The notes under the pieces: generated by a model
The model's input: only the letters and a program-made list of their open reading frames with translations
What the model was told of the DNA's origin: nothing
Databases searched by the model: none
Part shown: positions 56,782-64,000 of the stretch, piece by piece
Position numbering within the stretch: position 1 is the stretch's first letter
Layout of the letters: each line of letters opens with the position of its first letter
Position numbers and translations under genes: made by a program
From: Minisyncoccota bacterium
GTDB lineage: Bacteria > Patescibacteriota > Minisyncoccia > Phycocordibacterales > JBAYGS01
Assembly (NCBI GenBank): GCA_041666545.1
Contig: JBAYGS010000001.1
Span: 89,942 to 153,941, forward strand
Direction: 5' to 3'
Length of the DNA: 64,000 bases

Positions 56782-58146
56782 ATGACTAAGACTTCAAATA
56801 CGAAGCCAGTTGTTCGTTTTGCACCATCACCAACCGGACTTTTTCACATCGGCAGTGCCCGGACCGCGCTTTTTAACTACCTTTTTGCCAGGCACAATCG
56901 GGGCCGTTTTCAGATCCGAATTGAAGACACGGATAAGGAGCGATCGGAAGCCAAATACGAGAAAGAAATTTTCGATTCCTTGGCCTGGCTCGGGCTGGAA
57001 TTCGACAATCAAGACAAGGTCGTTCGCCAATCCGAAAGAACCACGATTTACCGTGGCTATCTGGAAAAAATGATTGCCGATGGAACAGCCTACATTTCCA
57101 AGGAAGCCCCCAAGGAAGGCGGCCGGGCCGAAGTAATTCGTTTTAGAAATCCGGGCGAGAAGATTACCTTCAACGACGAAATCCGAGGTGAAATTACTTT
57201 TGACACTGCTGAGCTCAAGGATTTTGTCATTGCCAAAAGCTTGGATGAACCGATTTTCCATTTGGCGGTGGTAGTCGACGATTTCGAAATGGGCGTCACC
57301 CATGTCATTCGAGGTGAAGACCACATCTCAAACACACCAAGGCAAATTTTGATCCAAAGGGCCATTGGCGCCCCTCAGCCAATTTATGCCCACATTCCTT
57401 TAATTCTAGCTCCGGATAAATCCAAACTTTCCAAGCGCAAACATGGCGAGAGCGTCTCCTTGAGTTATTTTAAAAATGCCGGCTACCTGCCGGAAGCCAT
57501 GCTTAACTTCCTGGCACTTTTGGGCTGGGGCGCCGATGCCACCAAGGAAATTTTTACCAAAAGCGAGCTGATTGAAAAATTTGCGCTCGAGAAAGTAAAC
57601 AAGGGTGGGGCAATTTTCAACCTCGAAAAGCTAAACTGGTTAAACAAAGAGTACCTGAAACTGGAAATTAGAAAACCTGATTTCGAGCCAACAACCTATT
57701 TGCCGACAGAAATTCTGGAAGGTAAAAGCCCCGCCCAAATTAAGTTGATTTTCGAGACGATTTTCGAGCGAATCCAGGTTTGGGATGACATTAAAAAAAT
57801 GCTCACCTCAGGCGAGATTAATTACTTAAAATCCGACCCTAAATATGACGGAGAAAAATTGATTTGGAAGGGGAGTGACGCCACGAGAACCGCTCAAAAC
57901 CTCGAGCAAATCCTTGGTCTCATTCGGCCGATAGACGAGAGCGATTTTGCAGATAAAGACCGACTAAGGACTGCCGTTTGGGATTACGCCGAGAAAACTG
58001 GGCGCGGGGCGGTCCTCTGGCCAATGCGCTTTGGCTTGACTGGCCTGGATAAATCACCCGACCCCTTTAGTGTTGCCGCCATGATTGGCAAAACCGCGAC
58101 TGTAAGACGGCTGGAGGAAGCGGTTCGAATTCTAAGTCTGAAATAA
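56782..58146 (+). CDS. gltX: glutamyl-tRNA synthetase
   Basis: RFAPSPTGLFHIGSARTALFNYLFARH (HIGH) and KLSKR (KMSKS). Confidence 0.9.
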   Translation: MTKTSNTKPVVRFAPSPTGLFHIGSARTALFNYLFARHNRGRFQIRIEDTDKERSEAKYEKEIFDSLAWLGLEFDNQDKVVRQSERTTIYRGYLEKMIADGTAYISKEAPKEGGRAEVIRFRNPGEKITFNDEIRGEITFDTAELKDFVIAKSLDEPIFHLAVVVDDFEMGVTHVIRGEDHISNTPRQILIQRAIGAPQPIYAHIPLILAPDKSKLSKRKHGESVSLSYFKNAGYLPEAMLNFLALLGWGADATKEIFTKSELIEKFALEKVNKGGAIFNLEKLNWLNKEYLKLEIRKPDFEPTTYLPTEILEGKSPAQIKLIFETIFERIQVWDDIKKMLTSGEINYLKSDPKYDGEKLIWKGSDATRTAQNLEQILGLIRPIDESDFADKDRLRTAVWDYAEKTGRGAVLWPMRFGLTGLDKSPDPFSVAAMIGKTATVRRLEEAVRILSLK

Positions 58147-58154
58147 CTGCCAAA

Positions 58155-59435
58155 ATGAAGACGCTTGTTTCCAGAATTCTAATTTCAGTTTCGATTCTTG
58201 CCGTTTTTGGATTCCTGGCCTCGCCATCTCTGGGAGCCGAAATTGACGATCTCAAGGCCAAAATTGCCGAAAAAAATCAGGCGATTTCAGATTTGGAAAA
58301 GGAAATTGAGACTTACCAGAAACAAATCAACGAAGTCGGTGACAAGGCCAAGACTCTGCAAAATTATATCAAGACCCTAAACCTAACCATCACCAAACTA
58401 AACCGCGATGTCGCCCTGACCGAAACCCAAATTGCCGCTACCGGCTATACCATCAATCAGCTGACACTAGAGATTAAAAAACAGCAAGCGAGCATTGAGA
58501 CCAATACCGAGGCGGTGGCAAAAATCTTACGGGAAGTCGACCGCAGTGAGGGCCAATCAATGGTTGAGGCGGCTCTTATTTACAACAGCTTCAGTGAAGT
58601 CTGGAACGATATCGAAGCCTCAAACCGACTGCAAGAAAGTGTGCGTGAAAAAATCAATCAGTTGATCGCCACCAAGGCCGACCTTGAATCCAAAAGGAAA
58701 TCCCAGGAAGCCGAAAAGGACAAACTCGGCAAGCTCAAAAACAATCTCTCCGGTCAAAAGCAGGTTGTAAACCAGAACAAGGCTGCCCAAAATAATTTGC
58801 TAATTGCCACCAAAAATCAGGAGTCCGAATATCAGCGCATCCTAAAGGATAAACTGGCAAAAAAGTCCGCTTTCGAGGCCGAGTTGTTTGCCTTTGAGTC
58901 GCAGTTGCAAATTGCGATCGACCCTTCAAAATTACCCTCAGTCGGGACTGGAGTACTTAAGTGGCCAGTCGACAAGGTCTTAATCACTCAATATTTCGGC
59001 AACACTGATTTTGCTTCAAAGAATCCTCAAGTCTATAACGGTAAAGGCCACACCGGCATAGATTTCCGCGCCTCAATCGGCACAGCCATCAAGGCTGCCG
59101 GCGCCGGAAAAATCACCGGAGTAGGGGATACCGACTTGATTAAAGGTTGCTACTCGTATGGTCGCTGGGTCATGATTGACCACAACGACGGTCTCTCTAC
59201 TCTCTACGCCCATCTTTCGGTAATTTCAGTAAGACAGGGACAAACCGTGAATACCGGAGATATTATTGGCTATAGTGGCAGTACCGGCTATGCGACCGGA
59301 CCCCACTTACACTTTGGTGTCTATGCAACACAGGGTATAAGAATTGTCAAGTACGAGAACAGCCTCAACTGCAAAAACGCAATCGTTCCGATTGCTGACC
59401 CGAAAGCATACCTGAATCCGTTATCCTACTTGTAG
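58155..59435 (+). CDS. M23-family peptidoglycan DD-metalloendopeptidase with N-terminal coiled coil (EnvC-like)
   Basis: Signal/TM, long coiled coil, then HTGIDF and GYSGSTGYATGPHLHF motifs. Confidence 0.8.
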   Translation: MKTLVSRILISVSILAVFGFLASPSLGAEIDDLKAKIAEKNQAISDLEKEIETYQKQINEVGDKAKTLQNYIKTLNLTITKLNRDVALTETQIAATGYTINQLTLEIKKQQASIETNTEAVAKILREVDRSEGQSMVEAALIYNSFSEVWNDIEASNRLQESVREKINQLIATKADLESKRKSQEAEKDKLGKLKNNLSGQKQVVNQNKAAQNNLLIATKNQESEYQRILKDKLAKKSAFEAELFAFESQLQIAIDPSKLPSVGTGVLKWPVDKVLITQYFGNTDFASKNPQVYNGKGHTGIDFRASIGTAIKAAGAGKITGVGDTDLIKGCYSYGRWVMIDHNDGLSTLYAHLSVISVRQGQTVNTGDIIGYSGSTGYATGPHLHFGVYATQGIRIVKYENSLNCKNAIVPIADPKAYLNPLSYL

Positions 59436-59475
59436 GCTTGTTTTTAGTGGCTTTTATTTTGTATAATTACACTCA

Positions 59476-59814
59476 ATGAATATATTCAATTTTCCCAGGA
59501 ATCGAGGTCTAGTTAGAACCGTTCTCATCGTTCTGGTTGCAATTCTGGTCTTAAGCTACTTTCATATTGATATCAAGGGCATAGTTGAGTCACCGCTAGC
59601 CCAAAATAACTTAGGCTATGTCTGGGGTATCGTCACCAATGTGTGGAATAACTACTTATCACAGCCGGTCACTTATTTTTGGAACAATATCTTTATCGGA
59701 ATACTCTGGGAGAGTTTTACCGGAGCGCTTGGCCACATCAAGAATGGCGAGCAGCCACAGCTCAATACTTCAGGACCAAATGTCGATCTATTAAATACTG
59801 CCGGGGCCAACTAG
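59476..59814 (+). CDS. hypothetical membrane protein
   Basis: N-terminal TM helix, W-rich. 112 aa. Confidence 0.35.
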   Translation: MNIFNFPRNRGLVRTVLIVLVAILVLSYFHIDIKGIVESPLAQNNLGYVWGIVTNVWNNYLSQPVTYFWNNIFIGILWESFTGALGHIKNGEQPQLNTSGPNVDLLNTAGAN

Positions 59815-59949
59815 GCCTCGGTTTTCGTTTTTGTAATATGTACAAATCCGGTTCAGGGATTTATTAATGTACAAAAGATATATTGTGCGACACATAATCT
59901 AAAGCGAGACGATGCGTGTCCACCTTTTGACCCCCCTCCCCCAATAATT

Positions 59950-59978
59950 GACAGTGAGAGGTTGATATGCTATAATTG
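59950..59978 (+). promoter_or_regulatory. consensus sigma-70 promoter
   Basis: TTGACA-N17-TATAAT immediately upstream of the 59999 ORF. Confidence 0.55.
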
Positions 59979-59998
59979 CTCAAGAAAGGAATCTAGCT

Positions 59999-60340
59999 GT
60001 GAGTACTATTATCTTGCTCGGAAGCTATATCGGACTATCCGACTTCATTTTCGATGTCCAATGCAATGGATCACCTATCGCAGAATCGGAAGCTCGCGCG
60101 ATGGGCCTAATGGACGACAACACTGCTCGTCGCCATGCCCGCTCTAGCTATACTCGTGATTGGTATAGAGTAAAGCCAGGTGACCAGGTGCAGGTTCACT
60201 GGCAGGATGACGAACGGAACATTAAGACCACATTCGTCATTCTGACAGATCTTCCGAACCCACCACAGAGCCCAGACCACGAGAGCACTGGCATGCGGCT
60301 CTACGAGTACCTTAAAGCCAACTGCGAGCGCGTTCAATGA
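59999..60340 (+). CDS. hypothetical protein
   Basis: 113-aa ORF (GTG start) downstream of a consensus promoter. Confidence 0.35.
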   Translation: MSTIILLGSYIGLSDFIFDVQCNGSPIAESEARAMGLMDDNTARRHARSSYTRDWYRVKPGDQVQVHWQDDERNIKTTFVILTDLPNPPQSPDHESTGMRLYEYLKANCERVQ

Positions 60341-60460
60341 GGAGATCTTCAATCTGGAGGTCTCCTTTTTCTTTTGATACATTGTATTTCCGGAATAATT
60401 AAAACCCCTCAACAAATAAATTCGTTAAGGGGTTAAAAAGTAATCGATCGGTGTTATGGC

Positions 60461-60781
60461 TCACCGCCGTCGGCGAATTTTTTTGGCTTCCGGCCAAATC
60501 TCAAATTCCCTACTCATGTAGGGCCGGCACAACTTCAGGATTTCACCAAAGGTTTTCTTTAGGGCCAAGGTCTCAGTTTGAGCTCTGGCGAGCAAGGCCG
60601 AAAGCTTAATGCGACCTCGCTTTCTATCACCTTTGGACTGTCGGCCGAGCTCTTTGGCCAGGGCCTCGAGAATCAAAGGCTGTTGATCATATCTGAGCCG
60701 ACCAATGGCTTCACCGAGAATACTGTTTGATTCAAGTGCGCGACCGGGAACTTCAACCGGGTGAACTTTTTCTCGATTCAT
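60461..60781 (-). CDS. hypothetical basic protein
   Basis: 106 aa, Arg/Lys-rich C-terminus. Precedes the 60816-60845 terminator. Confidence 0.3.
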   Translation of the reverse strand: MNREKVHPVEVPGRALESNSILGEAIGRLRYDQQPLILEALAKELGRQSKGDRKRGRIKLSALLARAQTETLALKKTFGEILKLCRPYMSREFEIWPEAKKIRRRR

Positions 60782-60815
60782 AAGAACTTCTCCTTAAATA
60801 ACCCTACCAGAAAAC

Positions 60816-60845
60816 AAAAACCTCCGCGAGTGGCGGAGGTTTTTG
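60816..60845. terminator. bidirectional intrinsic terminator
   Basis: aaaaacctccgc-gagtg-gcggaggttttt. Confidence 0.65.
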
Positions 60846-60860
60846 TTTTCCTTATCCATA

Positions 60861-60910
60861 TTCCAGTCATACAATTTACTCACGACCGCGAGTAAATTGT
60901 ATGACTGGAA
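60861..60910. repeat. perfect 21-bp inverted repeat with 8-nt spacer
   Basis: ttccagtcatacaatttactc-acgaccgc-gagtaaattgtatgactggaa. Confidence 0.6.
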
Positions 60911-60932
60911 AACTGGATTTCTTTTAATTGAC

Positions 60933-61385
60933 TTAGTTTAGTTTCGCGATGAGCGGAGCCGAAGCGGCTACCGACTGTTTCCAACATGGTTTAGACGAAG
61001 CCCAAGGCCTGGTACCTTCTTTCTCATAGAGCCACTTGGCATAGGCCAGGTTGCCGTCAAGAGTTTTGATGTCAAAGCCCATTTCTTTGGCCTGCTTGGC
61101 ATGATAGAACTCATTAATCTGCATCACGCCCACATCGGCTCGGTTGACCTCGCCACGGAGAATCCTGCCATCTTTAGTAAGTTGCCGATAAGTCGATTCG
61201 CACTTGGCGATCTCGGCCATAATCGGAGCATCTTTGAAGTATTCCTTCACATGATCCTCCAAAGTAATCGGGCTTACAATCGCCTGCGGTTCAGAGCTTA
61301 CCGAAGCAATCCCCTCGGCCGAAGCGACCGGACTGCCGTACAAAGTTGAGACTAAAAGTGTCAAAGTGGTTGCAAGTTCAATCAT
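60933..61385 (-). CDS. secreted lytic transglycosylase-like (SLT domain) protein
   Basis: Signal peptide MIELATTLTLLVSTLYG; CESTYRQ (catalytic E-S) and GVMQIN are typical SLT blocks. The ORF is open to 61433. Confidence 0.45.
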   Translation of the reverse strand: MIELATTLTLLVSTLYGSPVASAEGIASVSSEPQAIVSPITLEDHVKEYFKDAPIMAEIAKCESTYRQLTKDGRILRGEVNRADVGVMQINEFYHAKQAKEMGFDIKTLDGNLAYAKWLYEKEGTRPWASSKPCWKQSVAASAPLIAKLN

Positions 61386-61630
61386 ATATTTTAGTTTATA
61401 GTGAGTGGTTAGTAGTTTGTAGTAAAGCCACAAATATTCGAGGAAATCTCACCTTGTTTCGTTTTAGAGAAACAAAAACAGAGCCGAAGCTCTATTTGCA
61501 ATAGTTTAGCATATTCGTGGGCACTTGTCAATACTAAACAACGGTCAGAACCTTGTGTCAAATGCCAAAAAATGGCTTAATGAAGCCATTTTTTACTTGA
61601 CAGCCGGCCGAAGTCTTTGGATAAAAACGG

Positions 61631-62233
61631 CTAGGATTGGCCGTTTTTGAGCCATGGGATTGGATATTGTCCAAAGTCTTCGAAAAACGGCCTGTTATAT
61701 AGCAATCTGGAAAGGGCCTCTGCCTCCCACTTCGCCCCATTGATTCCGATGTGGGGTTTCGGCTCGGCCGGAATTCCGATATAAGCCATTATTTTATCCG
61801 AATTCAAATCTGTCTTTTTGTCCTTAATTGGAAGCCTGATTCCCCTTTTAATCATGTCGGCGAGGCAAATTGAGTGCAAATCGATTGTACGATGATGCAG
61901 TGGCGCGGTCATATGAGCTCTCCTAGCCCCCGCCACAATAAAAGCCACATCAAGCGACGGGTTCTCCCCCGCTACCGTGTACTCTTCGGAAGCTTGCGCC
62001 CAATCCAGAAAGTCCTTCACGATCTCGGCCTCAGATTTCTTCTTTGGATCAACAATCTGCTCTTTAGTAAAACCGTTAACCGCCAGAGCCTCGCCATCAA
62101 TATGGGCACCGTCCCAAATCCGACATTCTTCATAAAATTGCCTTTTTGAATTACTAAAATCGACTGCCCCAATTGAGAGAAGTGAGTGCTTGTCCGGATT
62201 TAAACCTGATGTTTCAACATCAACGACAATCAT
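61631..62233 (-). CDS. DEDD-family 3'-5' exonuclease (DnaQ-like)
   Basis: Exo I MIVVDVETSGLN, conserved downstream D/H residues. The ORF is open to 62290. Confidence 0.6.
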   Translation of the reverse strand: MIVVDVETSGLNPDKHSLLSIGAVDFSNSKRQFYEECRIWDGAHIDGEALAVNGFTKEQIVDPKKKSEAEIVKDFLDWAQASEEYTVAGENPSLDVAFIVAGARRAHMTAPLHHRTIDLHSICLADMIKRGIRLPIKDKKTDLNSDKIMAYIGIPAEPKPHIGINGAKWEAEALSRLLYNRPFFEDFGQYPIPWLKNGQS

Positions 62234-62293
62234 TTTAAGAGTATATGGTATTAAGTATAAGGTATGCGGTATAAGAATCAAAGAAGACAAAAT

Positions 62294-62551
62294 CTAATCA
62301 TGGAACCAGTGACCAATTTTCTTTTCGATTTTCTCCTCAATAATTGAGATCCTTGCGTGGAGACCAGAAAATTTTTTTCGCCAGTTATGCCACCGAGTCT
62401 TAAAAGGGTCAGAAACTAGGGATAAAATAAATAGACCAAGCAAAATAAAAATTATCCCCTGAAGAAACGGCAAAAGAAGCCCCGCAGCACCGACCAAAAT
62501 GAGGCCGATCGCCACAACCTGCCAAGCAATTTTTTTGAAATTCTTTTTCAT
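62294..62551 (-). CDS. small membrane protein
   Basis: Two TM helices. 85 aa. Confidence 0.4.
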   Translation of the reverse strand: MKKNFKKIAWQVVAIGLILVGAAGLLLPFLQGIIFILLGLFILSLVSDPFKTRWHNWRKKFSGLHARISIIEEKIEKKIGHWFHD

Positions 62552-62592
62552 TCAATAAGGAAATCTCTGGTGAGTCTAAACCATTTGAACAA

Positions 62593-63666
62593 TCACTTTT
62601 GTCCTCCGCCCTTACCAGTTAGTTTTTCAATCCGCTCTTTCCGCTTATACCAGCCGTTTTGCAAAAGCACTCCATTACTCTTGGCATATTGTTCTGCTTG
62701 TTCAAAAAGCATAAGTGCCTCATCATTCCTGCCCGCCTCGGAAAAGTCGGCAAAATCCTGAAATAGCACACTAAGGTGGGTCATGTGCTTCCGAATCCGA
62801 CGCTCTTCAAAACCACCAGGTTGGTCAGTGCCCTTTCCTGAATAAATTGTAGCATTTGGAAACTGTTCGCCGACAGCCCAAAGGGCGGTCAGTATCGTAC
62901 CACCCTTATCAATCATATCATCAACAACTACGACTGTTTGCATAGTATCATCGGCGTCATCAGATTCAAAAACTGCTTTTTTCTTTTCCTTATCGACAGC
63001 AATTGCAAAAGTATTTACAGTGAGAGCCTGGTCAGAATATCTTTCGACTAGTTTTTTAACAACCTCAACATAAACACTTCCGCCGCTCAAAATTCCACCA
63101 ATCTTTGTATTTTTAAGAAAAAACTTCTTTATTGCATTCACACTAAGATCATTTGTACCCAACAGAAACTCTTGCAACACATACCGTGTTTCCTCCTCCG
63201 TCAATCTGTGATTCGGGTTTTTCAATGATTGACACTTTTCTTCAACCCTGACCAGCATATCGTCTACCGCCCTAAACAGATTACCTATCGAAAATTGGGG
63301 AGGAAGATCATGTGCCGAGCCTGCGCCTGTGTCCTGATAATCATCCCGCATTTTCCGCAATGTCTCCAAAAAATCAGGGTTAACCGATGTTGGCTTTTCG
63401 CTAATTGCTTGATCAAGAATTACATCGGCCATTCTGCTAGAGAATTGATGCGCTTTTCTTAGATGACTCTGGCACTCGGCAAAATCCTGATCTGCCAGTG
63501 CTTGCGTTCTAAATTTCCGCAAGATTACAATCCCCTCCTGCAGTCTCCGTTCATTCTCCAATCTAAGCTCATTTTCTTGCTCGGAAAGTGGTGACCTCTC
63601 ACGCTTCCTAAAATTGACATGGCTACCACCAAGCATCGCTTCAAAATTATCTGGTCTAGAAAACAT
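62593..63666 (-). CDS. type I phosphoribosyltransferase-domain protein with long N-terminal extension
   Basis: PRPP-binding loop VVVVDDMIDKGGT. 357 aa. Confidence 0.55.
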   Translation of the reverse strand: MFSRPDNFEAMLGGSHVNFRKRERSPLSEQENELRLENERRLQEGIVILRKFRTQALADQDFAECQSHLRKAHQFSSRMADVILDQAISEKPTSVNPDFLETLRKMRDDYQDTGAGSAHDLPPQFSIGNLFRAVDDMLVRVEEKCQSLKNPNHRLTEEETRYVLQEFLLGTNDLSVNAIKKFFLKNTKIGGILSGGSVYVEVVKKLVERYSDQALTVNTFAIAVDKEKKKAVFESDDADDTMQTVVVVDDMIDKGGTILTALWAVGEQFPNATIYSGKGTDQPGGFEERRIRKHMTHLSVLFQDFADFSEAGRNDEALMLFEQAEQYAKSNGVLLQNGWYKRKERIEKLTGKGGGQK

Positions 63667-64000
63667 AAATTTAATTCACTGTAACAATTCAACTGCGGGA
63701 TGCCGGGATATTTGATCCTTACAGGATCAGAGCCTATGGGTTAGGGAGAAAGTGCGCCAGGATTTGAAACTTACAGTTTCAGTACCCCTGTTGGATAAAT
63801 TTTTCGCCCGCAACGGACTCAAATTTATACTCAACAGGGCTTCAAATCCCGGGCGCATGTGCTCCCCAGCACATGCTCATCCCGCCAATTCTCACTTCGT
63901 TCGACTTGTCGGGATGCCGGGATTTGGCTACTACATAGCCAGGTGCTTTTCCATCTCGCAGACTCGATAAGGAAAAGCCTTTCACATCCCGGATGTGAGC

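Noticed and set aside
63690-63930. tRNA-like or structured RNA suggested by repeated cgggatgccgggat and a TTCAAAT-like segment
   Set aside because: No acceptor, D, anticodon or T arms could be folded consistently. Only a 14-bp direct repeat and short palindromes are supported, and the region is cut by the window end.

Overview
The window is a compact, gene-dense bacterial chromosome segment of moderate to low GC with many short gene overlaps. A conserved backbone of translation and cell-envelope genes is interrupted by visibly GC-richer accessory islands. The overall style is Patescibacteria/CPR-like or reduced-genome: a monomeric PheRS, a short ProRS without an editing domain, and a four-helix-bundle (23S IVS-family) cassette between ftsW and murG. 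That placement is inference.

Backbone genes: pyrB, frr, rseP, proS, mreBCD, mrdA (PBP2), greA, plsC (two copies), lysS, glyQS, trpS, aspS/asnS-type IIb synthetase, scpAB, dacA-like, mraY, ftsW, murG, gltX, an M23 peptidase and an ABC exporter.

Accessory content, in window order:
1. A TerY-P-like triad at 2.6-5.7 kb: PP2C phosphatase, Ser/Thr kinase and a vWA protein.
2. At 18.4-21.9 kb, a minus-strand T-box riboswitch with a canonical antiterminator/terminator. It sits upstream of an unusual operon (GNAT-fold protein, AstE/AspA-family deacylase, then tRNA-Trp(CCA)). Divergent from it is a second, diverged TrpRS carrying an N-terminal double zinc-ribbon extension.
3. At 23-24 kb, an ArsR-type regulator with repeated palindromic operator/promoter copies.
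4. At 24.7-27.0 kb, a DUF397 + ABC-F ATPase cassette bracketed by a duplicated ~150-bp segment that encodes a conserved ~30-aa peptide.
5. An orphan 7TM sensor histidine kinase whose 3' end recurs three times as degenerate fragments at cassette junctions next to RelE/YefM-like and HicBA toxin-antitoxin modules.
6. An MvdD-like ATP-grasp ligase with a candidate graspetide precursor peptide.
7. A tightly overlapping minus-strand 4-gene operon (aldo-keto reductase, radical SAM, AlaRS-catalytic-domain paralog, unknown), divergent from a truncated 430-aa catalytic-half AlaRS.
8. A second T-box upstream of the class IIb AspRS/AsnRS.

Also present: several perfect long palindromes at island and gene borders, and an AGTAGT-based repeat family that includes an 11-copy 9-bp tandem repeat.
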